From an uncultured delta proteobacterium (GTDB lineage Bacteria > Desulfobacterota > Binatia > UBA9968): a stretch of 27,562 nt of DNA. The stretch spans positions 1 through 27,562 of the forward strand of contig CAWJBB010000029.1 of assembly GCA_963840855.1 (NCBI GenBank). The letters run 5' to 3'. Under the pieces are notes generated by a model. That model did not search any database. It saw only the letters and a program-made list of their open reading frames with translations, and had not been told where the DNA came from. Each line of letters opens with the position of its first letter. Positions within the stretch are counted from its first letter, which is position 1. Below are positions 9,551 through 18,829 of this stretch, in pieces. A program made the position numbers and the translations under genes.

Positions 9551-11221
9551 GTGGTTATTGTCTTAGCGGGCGCCATTGTTCTCGTCGCCTATTTTGCCCT
9601 TACACCGTTGCTCATGCTTCTCTACAGCAGCTTGAGCGATGCCCCGCCCGGAAGTCTCGGCAATCTCACCCTCGCGCATTATTCCCGCGCTTACCTGGAT
9701 CCCGAGTTTTATGTGCTGTTTTGGAACACGCTCAAGTTCGCTCTCGGCGCCGCCGCGCTGTCTTTTACTTTTGGCGGTGTGCTCGCGTGGATCTGCGAGC
9801 GCACGAACACGCCGCTGCGCGGCGTGATTTCGGGCCTCGTGCTCGTGCTCTTTATCGTTCCCGGCATTTTGGAAACCGTCGCCTGGATTCTATTGCTCTC
9901 ACCCCAGATCGGCCTCATCAATCTATTCATCAGGAACGTGTTGGCGCTGCCGGATTTCTCGCTCAATGTCTTTTCTCTCGGCGGCATGATCTGGGCGGAA
10001 TCGATGAACCTTTATCCCCTCGTCTTTCTTCTGCTGTCCGCCGCGTTCAGATCCCAGGACATTGCCATGGAGGAAGCCTCGCTGGCGTGCGGCGCCGGGA
10101 ATCTTACGACGTTTATTCGCATAACCCTGAGGCTGGTCATGCCCGCGATGCTGTCGGTTTTGCTGATCACGTTTATCCGCGCTGTCGAATCCTTTGAGGT
10201 GCCCGCCCTGATTGGCGCCCGCGCCGGGGTTTTCGTTTTTACGAGCAAGATTTACAGCGCGCTTCAGAGGTTGCGGCCACAGTACGGTATCGCCGGCGCC
10301 TATTCGTTAACTCTTCTTGTCATTAGCATAGCGGGAGTCTGGCTCTACACTCGCATGACCAAGGCAGGAGAAAGCTTTGCCATCATCACCGGCAAGGGAT
10401 ATCGCCCCCGCCGCATCGACCTGGGGCCGTGGCGAGGTCTGGTGTGCGTCTTTGCTCTTCTCATCGTGGCCGCGACCGCTGTGCTTCCAATCGCCAACCT
10501 GTTCTGGTCGTCTCTTACCCCGTATATGGCCGTGCCTTCGTGGGAAATGTTGCCGCGTCTTTCCTGGAAAAGCTACGGCGACCTTTTTGCCTATCCGTTC
10601 GGGCGCAAAGCGCTCACGAACAGCCTGATGCTCTCCTTTGCCAGCGCGACCGGCGTCATGCTGCTGACTTCACTGATCGCTTGGGTCACCGTTAAATCGA
10701 GGCTGCGCGGGCGCGTCCTCCTCGACAATCTTGCTTTTCTACCGATCGCTGTCCCAGGCCTTGTGCTGGGAGTGAGCCTACTTGTGCTATATCTCACGCT
10801 TCCGATTCCTATCTACGGCACGCTCTGGATCCTGTTCATCGCTTACATGACCCGATACTTGCCCTACGGAATCCGCGCAGCGTCGGCGTCGATGATCCAG
10901 ATCAGCAAAGAGCTCGAAGAGGCGTCCGTGGCCAGCGGCGCGAGCTGGTTGCAGACTTTTTACAAGGTCTTGCTTCCCTTGCTCATGCCGGGTTTTATTG
11001 CCGGTTGGGTTTATATTGCGATTGTATCCTTGCGGGAGCTTTCGACTTCGATTCTGCTCTATACACAGGACAGTATCGTGCTCTCGATTTTGATATTTGA
11101 CATGTGGGAATCGGGACTCTACAACACCGTCTCGGCCCTGGGCGTGCTCATGGTAGTCTTTCTGATGCTCGTGACCTGGGCGGCGCGAAAGGTCGGCGCG
11201 CGCATCGGGTCCGTCGACTAG
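9551..11221 (+). CDS. ABC transporter permease, FbpB/ThiP-like, copy 2
   Basis: 556 aa, two EAA loops, 5 aa differences from copy 1. Confidence 0.93.
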   Translation: MVIVLAGAIVLVAYFALTPLLMLLYSSLSDAPPGSLGNLTLAHYSRAYLDPEFYVLFWNTLKFALGAAALSFTFGGVLAWICERTNTPLRGVISGLVLVLFIVPGILETVAWILLLSPQIGLINLFIRNVLALPDFSLNVFSLGGMIWAESMNLYPLVFLLLSAAFRSQDIAMEEASLACGAGNLTTFIRITLRLVMPAMLSVLLITFIRAVESFEVPALIGARAGVFVFTSKIYSALQRLRPQYGIAGAYSLTLLVISIAGVWLYTRMTKAGESFAIITGKGYRPRRIDLGPWRGLVCVFALLIVAATAVLPIANLFWSSLTPYMAVPSWEMLPRLSWKSYGDLFAYPFGRKALTNSLMLSFASATGVMLLTSLIAWVTVKSRLRGRVLLDNLAFLPIAVPGLVLGVSLLVLYLTLPIPIYGTLWILFIAYMTRYLPYGIRAASASMIQISKELEEASVASGASWLQTFYKVLLPLLMPGFIAGWVYIAIVSLRELSTSILLYTQDSIVLSILIFDMWESGLYNTVSALGVLMVVFLMLVTWAARKVGARIGSVD

Positions 11222-11413
11222 AATCACCCCCTTGCTTCGACATGATTGCCCGTGCTAGCGGAATGAAAGCAGTATTCCGCCCTGTCGTGATTCACGAACC
11301 TGTTGGCACGACAGTGACCGCGCTTTGCGCGACCTGTTTCGCTGAGATTGATGCAAATTTTACTTTCTTCGTTTAGTCTTAAGAAGATCGCCTGATGTCG
11401 GACCGAACGAAAC

Positions 11414-11438
11414 GATCCCTTGCAAACTCAGAGGGATC
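11414..11438. promoter_or_regulatory. Inverted repeat GATCCCT-N11-AGGGATC upstream of SBP2, copy 2
   Basis: Arms identical to 5151-5175. Confidence 0.4.
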
Positions 11439-11453
11439 TAAAAGGGGTTTGCG

Positions 11454-12551
11454 ATGCAAAAGACAGAAACCCAACTATCGGGACGCTTTGCCCTGATTGC
11501 CCTCATGTTCGTTGTCTCGCTGCTGCTTCAGGCAACACCCGCCTTTGCTGCGGGGCCAGATTCGCGCCCGCGGGCTGCGGTCGTCGCGGCGCCACAGGAA
11601 ACAGAAAAACAGCGAGCGGCGCGATTGATTGAAGGGGCCAAGAAGGAGGGCAAGGTAATTTATTGGGATGCCAGTACGGCCAAGGAGTGGGAGCCTGTTT
11701 TTAACAAGTTCCGCCAGAAATACCCGTTCCTTGTTGTCGAACATTGGAGAGGGGGCGACGAGCAAATCCATCAAAAAATGACTGCAGAGGCCAGAGCAGG
11801 ACTCCATAATGTTGATTTTGCGAGCACCGAGATCAATCTCATAGCAGACCTAAAGAAGATTGGACTGATGAAGAAATACCATTGGCCAAACACCGCGGAA
11901 TGGCCTCTTCAATATAAGGACCGTGACGGATATTGGATTGCTAGCAATATCAATTGCGCGGTGGTTGCCTACAATACCAATTTGGTTTCGCCTGCGGAAG
12001 CTCCGAAAAATTGGGATGATCTTTTGAATCTGAAATGGAAAGGCTCGATATCGATGGAGCCGGATGGGGGCGAGTGGGTGCTCATGCTGTGGGCCGCGTG
12101 GGGTAAGGACAAGACTGTGAACTATCTGAAGGCCCTTTCAAAAAACAATATCGTTTTTGGCGCAGGATCGACGGCGCGCACCGAAATGCTCGCGGCCGGT
12201 GCATTCAAGATTGACTTGCGCCTCAACCTCCATCGCATCCCGGAGTTCCAAAAGAAAGGCGCGCCGATAGAATGGGTAAGAACCGATCCTATTTTAGCAA
12301 GGGCCACGCCAAGATTCATTGCAGAACGCGCTCCGCATCCCAATGCCGCCATTCTTTTTGCTGATTTCTTTACCTCGTCCGAGGGACAACAGGCATACAA
12401 CGATGCCTCCGGACGACTCATGCCGGATCCCAGAGTCAAGAGCAAATTGGCTGAAGCTCTGAAAGGGCATAGGGTAATACTGTTCCCGATCGAATTGGCA
12501 GGGCAAGGCAATGAAGCCGACCGGATATTCCGCGATATTTTCTTGAAATAG
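11454..12551 (+). CDS. ABC solute-binding protein (Fe3+/thiamine class), SBP2 copy 2
   Basis: 365 aa. Signal peptide, LIEGAKKEGKV, AYNTNLV..APKNWDDLL..KWKG and APHPNAAILFADF..S.EGQ. Confidence 0.9.
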   Translation: MQKTETQLSGRFALIALMFVVSLLLQATPAFAAGPDSRPRAAVVAAPQETEKQRAARLIEGAKKEGKVIYWDASTAKEWEPVFNKFRQKYPFLVVEHWRGGDEQIHQKMTAEARAGLHNVDFASTEINLIADLKKIGLMKKYHWPNTAEWPLQYKDRDGYWIASNINCAVVAYNTNLVSPAEAPKNWDDLLNLKWKGSISMEPDGGEWVLMLWAAWGKDKTVNYLKALSKNNIVFGAGSTARTEMLAAGAFKIDLRLNLHRIPEFQKKGAPIEWVRTDPILARATPRFIAERAPHPNAAILFADFFTSSEGQQAYNDASGRLMPDPRVKSKLAEALKGHRVILFPIELAGQGNEADRIFRDIFLK

Positions 12552-12604
12552 CTCAATCAACGAAATCTTTGAATCGACGCATCCCTGATCGATGCGATCG
12601 TGTT

Positions 12605-12629
12605 CGTGATTCCACAATCACGTTTTATT
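12605..12629 (+). terminator. Possible intrinsic terminator after the duplicated operon
   Basis: CGTGATT-CCAC-AATCACG stem followed by TTTTATT, between convergent genes. The stem is weak. Confidence 0.35.
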
Positions 12630-12698
12630 GATCACGGTCCTGTACGGGTTTAAAAAGGGAGCCGGATTGGGGCCTTTGAGCGCGGTCGGAATAAATGG

Positions 12699-13640
12699 CT
12701 ATTTCTTCTGAGGAGAGTAATAGGCGTCAAGCAGCCGTTGGCTGATCGCCGACTCCCCTCCCGGCAGCGCGTCGAACTTGGTTGTGCCGGTCTTCTCCAA
12801 TATCGATCGCCCTTCGGGATCTTCGTGCATCGACAGCAGTATCTTCTCCAGGCCTTTGGCCAGAGCCGGATCCAAATTTTTTCGGACAGAGACAAGATGG
12901 CGCGGCAAACTAGCCGTTTCCGCCAGGATGCTTATGTTCGCTTTCTTGTTACCGTCGAGCGCGGCATAATCATCGTTGCTAAAAGCTCCGGCCGCCACTT
13001 GTTTTGTGAGAACCAGGTCAACGAGCTTGCCCTGGGACTGGGCAAAAATGTAACCCACTTCCCCAGGCAAAACCTTAGCGTCAATTTGCGCCTTCGGCGA
13101 AAGTTTGAACCCCTTCTTCGTAAGGAATAGCTTTGGGAGAAAAAAGCCTGAAGTCGATTCGGGATCTTCGAAAGCGATGATCTTTCCCTTTAGGTCTTCG
13201 AGATGTTTCGTTTCACCATTTCTCGTGGTGAAAATCGCGGAGTGGTAGTCGGCCATGCCTCCTTTCCAACGCCTGAGGAGCAATTTCCCGACTCCGTACA
13301 CGCTGTTGATCATATACGTCGGACGGGGGCTCTCCATGTAAAGATCTACCTTCTTCTCCGTGAGAAGGTTGGCGAGCCGGGACTGCGTGGAAGTTACAAC
13401 GATCTTTCCTTCGATCTTTGAACTGGAGGAAAGTTTTTTTGCCAGATAGCGGACAAAATCCTGAAAATGCGCCTCGATCTCCTTTTGATTTTTCTCCGCC
13501 ACGACTCCCAAAGTAATCGTCTTCGTTTCAGGCCCGGCGGACATTTGTCCCACCGCCCGGGAGCCCAGGATGATATCGAACAAGAAAAGAACCGCGGGAA
13601 CGACGGCCTGCCTGCCTGCCTGTTTTGCTACAAACATCAT
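12699..13640 (-). CDS. PhnD/phosphate-phosphite-phosphonate family substrate-binding protein (orphan)
   Basis: ITLGVV..F..FVRYLAKKL, YHSAIF..LEDLKGKIIAFEDPESTSGFFLP and ILAET..LPRH..SVRK. RBS AGGAG upstream. Confidence 0.85.
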   Translation of the reverse strand: MMFVAKQAGRQAVVPAVLFLFDIILGSRAVGQMSAGPETKTITLGVVAEKNQKEIEAHFQDFVRYLAKKLSSSSKIEGKIVVTSTQSRLANLLTEKKVDLYMESPRPTYMINSVYGVGKLLLRRWKGGMADYHSAIFTTRNGETKHLEDLKGKIIAFEDPESTSGFFLPKLFLTKKGFKLSPKAQIDAKVLPGEVGYIFAQSQGKLVDLVLTKQVAAGAFSNDDYAALDGNKKANISILAETASLPRHLVSVRKNLDPALAKGLEKILLSMHEDPEGRSILEKTGTTKFDALPGGESAISQRLLDAYYSPQKK

Positions 13641-14080
13641 CTCAATAGATCGCTCCTACAGCTGTTGCTTTTAGTACAAACGACGTGACCTTGGCAAGAA
13701 CAGACACAATACAGAGCCAGGTCTCTGGGTAGAGTAGAGAACAGGCGCATCATTCTTTAGGTCGATCCTTGGCTGTATCAGTCGTTTCCAACTTCGTGCC
13801 CTCTCACTTCATCACGGAAGCGCTGTGCGTTTTTTGGGGCAAATCAAACGGTCAGGCTTGTATGGATTTTTCAAAGTTGTGACGATTATTGGGATTCGAA
13901 TACCACATTAGCCTCGCCGATCGGCGGTTATGTCAAAGGTCTGCCAAAGAAAAACGAGAGCGGCTTATGCAGTTAGTAAAGTCTAGATTGCCAACTGGCG
14001 CGCAAGGCGAGATCTCTTATACGGCTCGGGTCAACACCCGTAGGGGCGGCACCTGACGCCGCCAAAGTCAAAATGCAAGA

Positions 14081-14110
14081 CGCGACCCCATTAACCGCGA
14101 CCCCATCAAC
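14081..14110 (+). repeat. 15-bp tandem duplication CGCGACCCCATTAAC / CGCGACCCCATCAAC, preceded by hairpin GGCGGC-N7-GCCGCC (14045-14063)
   Basis: Read directly. The units are 14/15 identical. Confidence 0.7.
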
Positions 14111-14191
14111 CAAAAGCCTATTTTGGACAAGAGTGTTCGCGCCTCCTTTGTCTTAACCCTGCGATTGGTGATTTCTCGCAAGACGCGGGAC

Positions 14192-15795
14192 TTAGTTGCG
14201 CGCGAGCAATGACCTTGCTTGCCGCAACTCCTCGCGATCGCCGCTCGCCTTTGCGCCGAGCTTCATGAGCTGCGAGTAATACGTTTTCGCTTTCGTGAGA
14301 TCGCCCGCGAGCTCGGCAGCGCGCGCTGCGCCGTAAACGTTGCGGAAGCGGTTGGGCTCGCTTTTCTGCGCAGCCTCATATTCCTTGAGCGCCGCCGCGG
14401 CTGCCCGAGCTCCATCAACAGATCGCCGAGCAGTTCGCGGGCGGGCATGATTGGACCTGGGGTCACCGGATGCTTCTCGAGCTTGTCCTCCTGGTCCGCC
14501 GCCTGGCGCAGCAGCGCGAGCGCGTCGGCGTTCCGGCCTTCGGCGCGCGCTACCCAGGCGGACGTGGCCTTGGCGTTGATCTCGACTTGCTCGACCCAAT
14601 AGGCCTGCTTCATGGCGACGAGCTTTTCGCGGAGCTTATCGAGCCGGACGATCTCTTGCTTGGCAGCGGCGGGATTGCCGCTCCGCGCCGCGCCCAGCGC
14701 GCGGGCGTAAACGTTGACCGCCTCGGCCTGCGGAAAGCGCTCATACTGATCGGTGCCGGCGAGCGGCAGCGGTGTTTGCGCCGCCTCGTTCCACTTGCCG
14801 CGTTCCAGCGAATAGCGCGCCGGGATCGCCGCAAACGCGTACGCTGGACCGATCAGCGGCATCGGCTGTTTGGCGAACTCCATGATGCGATCCACCACGC
14901 GCTTGGCCTCGACATCCTGCGCAAGCTGCAGGTAGCCGTAGGCCATGTAATCGAGGGCATGCGGTTCGTCGCGCTGGCCTTTCGCCACCTCCGCGGCCCG
15001 GCGGTTGGTCTCGATCGACTCCTGCCAGTAGCCCACCCGCGTGAAGATATGCGACGGCATGTGCAGCGCGTGAGGCGCCGCCGGTGCGATACTGGCGTAG
15101 CGTTTCGCCGCGTCGAGCCCCCGATTCGCGATCGGCGGGTGGTCATAGGCATGAATCAGAAAGTGCGCCGCGCCCGGGTGATCCGGCTGCTTCGCGAAAA
15201 TCTTCTCCAGGATTCCCGCCGCCTTGAGCTGCCTCGTGTAGTCCTTGTCTCGCGGGTCCGCCATCGCGATCAGCCAGCGGGCGTAATACATCGCCGCCTC
15301 GGTATCCTGAGGATAGCGAAGGTAGAGCTGCTCGAGCGCCTTCTCGTGTGCGGCGCCGCGCGTCCTGTGATCGAGCTTGTCGTAGTCTTTGTAGAAGACT
15401 TCGATCGCTTCGATGTAGTCGCGCTCGCGCTGGGTTTTGGCGCCGATTGACTTGGCCTTCTCGATGATCCACCAAGCCTCCTCAAGCGCCTTCGGCGTAG
15501 GCGGCGAGGCGTACGGATTGTCCATCTTCGCCACGGCGGCCGCCCAATAAGCCATGACGCAGGTCGGATCAGCCTGCAGCACTTCTGTCAACGCCTTTTC
15601 GGTGGGTGCCCAGTAATACGAATAGAGCAGCAGGGCAGCACGATTGAAGTGCTTCTGCGCCTCGGGCGTGCAGGAGACCGGAAAGTTCATCGTGCCGAGG
15701 GCGTCGGACTTCTCCCCCGAAGACTGACCGAGCACGGGATGGGCGAACCCTGCGAACATAAGCGCGGCCGCTGCATAGATTGCTTTTCGTGACAT
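14192..15795 (-). CDS. Secreted tetratricopeptide-repeat protein, one frameshift near 14397 (likely sequencing error)
   Basis: ATG 15795 follows GGAGG. Signal peptide, FPVSC.PEAQ..F, PDHPGAAHFLIHAYD and APHALHMPSHIF. The C-terminus (ALKEYE..PNRF...) continues in the frame of ORF 14192..14599. Confidence 0.85.
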
Positions 15796-16115
15796 GGGAC
15801 CTCCCGTCAAGCTTATTGGGGCATTGCACAGTCAGCAGCAGTTGCGGTCGGCCGTCGTTCGCCCACCGACCTCTCTATACCCCTTGGGGCGCAGAACGCA
15901 AGCGCATCGTCTACCAAGGCCGACCGTCGCTACCCGCCAACCTCGCCCGCAGCGAGCAGCAAATACCCGCGATCGGGCGCGCGCTGATTTAGCTCCCTAA
16001 CACCTACAGTTGTCATGGCTTTTCCTGTGTAGCCACATTGCGCTGATTCAAAGCTACATTGTCAAGGCGCCCACTTTCATCCGATAACGGTCGGCCGCCG
16101 GCTCATGGGCTGTTC

Positions 16116-17015
16116 TCAATCACTTAACTTTAACTTGGCCGCTTCCGAGATCGCGACCACCGCCGGATGCTTTAGTTTGCGATCCAAAGAGATCGCGAAG
16201 AAACGCTCGCGCACGGTGTCGACCTGTGCGATCACTTTCACGGCATATTGCCGCCGAACGTCTCGGGCGATCACCGAGGGAGCGAAGAAAAGCCCCAAGC
16301 CATGCTGGCCGAAGACTTTAAGCAGGGCACTGTCTTCAAATTCCGCGACGATCAGAGGCGCAATCCGTTGCGCTTCAAACCACTGATCCAGGGAGCGCCG
16401 CGAGGTGGTATTGCGCGTCGGCAGCAAAAACGGCGCGCCGTCGAGGCATTTTGGAAAGCCACGCCGGTACGTTTCGGCTAGCTTCGGCGCGCCGAACAGG
16501 GTGCTGCCGCACTCCCCCAGCAGGTGGTTGAAAGCTTTCACGTTGGACCCAGGATCGAGGGGTGCGTCGGTCAATACGACATCTATATCGTGCAACGCCA
16601 AAGCCGGCAGCAATTCTTCATTGGTGCCCTCGCGGCAGATAATCCGATAGGATTCCTTCAACTTCAAAGCCGGTTCGACCAATTGATACACCACCAGTTT
16701 CGGCAATACATCCGTAACGCCGACCGTCACCCGCGCCAAACGACCCTCAGAACGCCCCTTCAGAGTGCCTAGCATCTCCTGTCCCAGTGAAAAAATTTCA
16801 TCGGCGTAACGGAAAGCCAGCTTGCCGCTTTCCGTCAGCACCAGATAGCGCCCCGCTTTGCGGAACAGTTCCTCTCCCAGAGACTTTTCCAATGACTTCA
16901 GCTGAGCGCTCACGGTCGCCTGGGTCAAGCGCAATTCCGCGCTGGCCCGCGACACGCTGCCGAACCGGGCCACCGTCCAAAAATACAACAAGTGGTGATA
17001 GTTGAGCCATTCCAT
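16116..17015 (-). CDS. nhaR: LysR-family transcriptional activator, NhaR-like
   Basis: MEWLNYHHLLYFWTVAR.GSV.RAS.EL.LTQ.TVS.QL HTH, VGVTDVLPK, AFNHLLGE, AEFEDSALLKVFG and RKLKHPAV are typical of the NhaR subfamily. Confidence 0.88.
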   Translation of the reverse strand: MEWLNYHHLLYFWTVARFGSVSRASAELRLTQATVSAQLKSLEKSLGEELFRKAGRYLVLTESGKLAFRYADEIFSLGQEMLGTLKGRSEGRLARVTVGVTDVLPKLVVYQLVEPALKLKESYRIICREGTNEELLPALALHDIDVVLTDAPLDPGSNVKAFNHLLGECGSTLFGAPKLAETYRRGFPKCLDGAPFLLPTRNTTSRRSLDQWFEAQRIAPLIVAEFEDSALLKVFGQHGLGLFFAPSVIARDVRRQYAVKVIAQVDTVRERFFAISLDRKLKHPAVVAISEAAKLKLSD

Positions 17016-17024
17016 GGCGGGATC

Positions 17025-17047
17025 ATAGTTAGATTTATTCTAACGAT
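17025..17047. promoter_or_regulatory. LysR-type operator dyad ATAGTTAGA-TTTAT-TCTAACGAT
   Basis: 8/9 inverted repeat containing T-N11-A, 10 bp upstream of the nhaR start in the divergent intergenic region. Confidence 0.65.
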
Positions 17048-17139
17048 CAATGAGATTTTATGAATTTGTCGAATCTTGGAAGCATGGCTATGTTGCCTGG
17101 CGAAGGATCCGGTTCCAATTTGATAAGGAGGAAACACAA

Positions 17140-17569
17140 ATGTCAGCATACCCGGCGTTACAGACCGGTATCAATTTCAGCAAGTTATTCGAGCCGGACG
17201 CGCTGATATCAGCGCAGTTCTACAGCAGGACGCGGCGAACCTATCACGCCGAGCCCGAGCTGCGCCTGATGGCGGCGATTCTGGAAGACGCCGTCGTGAC
17301 CCTGACCAGGGACCCGCGCCGATGCACAGACCAACGGCGCCGAGACTTCGCAGATGCGCTGGACTGGATTGCCCGGCCGGAGGAGAACGGATGGCTGTTT
17401 TCTTTCGCCAGTATATGCGAGTCCCTGGGCATCGATCCGATTCACCTGCGGCAGCGGGTTGCTGCGAAAAATCGCCGAGATTCACGACAGCAAGCCAACC
17501 ATCCGCGCAAAGGGCCGGCCCAGCCACCGTTCGCCGAGGCAGAAAGTTATTCGGCTCCGCGCTGAATAA
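17140..17569 (+). CDS. Conserved hypothetical protein (EPELRLMAAILEDA...W...FSF..ICE.LGIDP family), probable frameshift near 17450
   Basis: Strong RBS AAGGAGG before ATG 17140. The given frame ends at 17565, but the more family-like tail (SGLLRKIAEI...KVIRLRAE) is in the frame ending at 17569. Confidence 0.7.
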
Positions 17570-17673
17570 CTATCATTGAAAATGCCAGCTTCTGTTTTTT
17601 TGTCTTTGCCCCAGCCGCACAACATGCTATGGCAAAGGCACTCCCGGCAACTTAGAGCTTCTGCGAGGCCCTT

Positions 17674-18027
17674 ATGCCAAAAAGAATCCTTGTGGTCGAC
17701 AACGAAGCACGCAGTCGGGAAAGCATCACTTATTTTTTGCGCGAAGCAAACTATGCGGTCGGGGAGGCGGATGACGGCGTAACTGCCATCGCAATGCTCG
17801 ACAAGCTCACGTTTGATCTTATGATTTGTGATGTCGTCATGCCTCGACTGGGGGCATTCGAGGTGATGAATTACCTGAACTCCCGCTCTTTGTCGACTTC
17901 AGTCATACTGATAACGGGGCATCCCTATTTACTTGCGGAAAAAGGGCTCGGCCACTTGCCCGTTTTTTCCAAACCCTTCAATATGTATGATCTGCTCCAC
18001 AAGGTTAGAGAAATAATAAATGAATGA
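17674..18027 (+). CDS. Stand-alone response regulator receiver (CheY-like)
   Basis: RILVVDNE, phospho-acceptor in ICDVVMP, ILITG and KPF. Confidence 0.9.
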   Translation: MPKRILVVDNEARSRESITYFLREANYAVGEADDGVTAIAMLDKLTFDLMICDVVMPRLGAFEVMNYLNSRSLSTSVILITGHPYLLAEKGLGHLPVFSKPFNMYDLLHKVREIINE

Positions 18028-18065
18028 CCGGCTCTTTTGGCCATCCTCTTCGGGAATCTGCGGCT

Positions 18066-18557
18066 CTAGAGAATTTTCGCCAAAGAGGTGGCAATAACCC
18101 CAGCCAGCAGGGGGAAAAGGATGCTGGCAACTATTCTGATGGTGAAGAGTCTTGGGCCCAAAATCGAGAACTCATAAAAGATGATGCCGCCGCCCCAAAG
18201 AGCCCAGGCGGTTACGTACGTTGTTACGGTTCCAACGCTTCCGCCCGCATGGTAAAGCGATGCCGCGATGGGCAAACTGATAAAGGGGCCCCCAAAGGTG
18301 AGAGTCCCTGCTAAATAGCCAACTAATACCCCTTTGAGCCCTGACTCTTCGCCCAGCCAGTGCCGTATTACGTCCTCAGGCGTAAGCACGCGAACATAGC
18401 CAGCAATCAAATATGCGCCAATCAAGGTAGGCAGGACAGGCAACAGCGTTTTGATTGCCTCTGTGAGCCCCAATATGTGGCGCTGTCCGCCCTTGAGATA
18501 AGCGGCCAAAGCAAGAACCAGCGCAATAGCAAATACGACAACGTTTAGTGTTCTCAT
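18066..18557 (-). CDS. Half-size DUF318/ArsP-type permease
   Basis: About five TM helices, with PEDVIRHWLGEESGLKG and GTLTFGGPF..LPIAASL..AG. Start at ATG 18557 is inferred. Confidence 0.75.
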   Translation of the reverse strand: MRTLNVVVFAIALVLALAAYLKGGQRHILGLTEAIKTLLPVLPTLIGAYLIAGYVRVLTPEDVIRHWLGEESGLKGVLVGYLAGTLTFGGPFISLPIAASLYHAGGSVGTVTTYVTAWALWGGGIIFYEFSILGPRLFTIRIVASILFPLLAGVIATSLAKIL

Positions 18558-18829
18558 CTTAAAATATGCAGCCTCCCTTAGCGACATGCTTATCACGAAC
18601 GACTCCACCCTTTGTCAATCGTTCCCGTGGTTGGATGTTTGCTTTTGTCGCATGAGCAGCCCGAGCCTAGCTTGATTTTCAATAACCCGAGATCCCTCTA
18701 GCCTTGAACGAGATGTCCTCATGACAGTATCCTGTATCTGGCAGTTGGCTGGCGGCTTAGGTTCGGTGGCGAGCCTGAAGAGAAGTTCAATCCAGTCCAG
18801 CATAGTTGTTGACAGAAGAAGGTTTGTCG

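Larger units (their letters stand above)
6281..12549 (+). repeat. Tandem duplication unit, copy 2 (intact ORFs)
   Basis: Directly abuts copy 1. Similarity stops after TTCTTGAAAT at 12549. Confidence 0.97.

Noticed and set aside
1-12551. Transposon, prophage or integron origin of the duplication
   Set aside because: No transposase, integrase, terminal inverted repeats, attC-like sites or phage genes are visible in or beside the unit.
12699-13640. phn phosphonate utilisation operon
   Set aside because: Only the binding protein is present, with no phnC, phnE or C-P lyase genes.
14219-15450. Long plus-strand ORFs (14470..15450, 14219..14602), and likewise 2551..3246, 8759..9457, 23054..23797 and 25139..26107 on the minus strand
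   Set aside because: These are antisense shadows of well-supported genes in GC-rich DNA and have no recognisable motifs.
15845-15926. Structured RNA upstream of the TPR gene (CGGTCGGCC...GGCCGACCG)
   Set aside because: A single 9-bp GC-rich inverted repeat is expected by chance at this composition, and no riboswitch consensus is recognisable.
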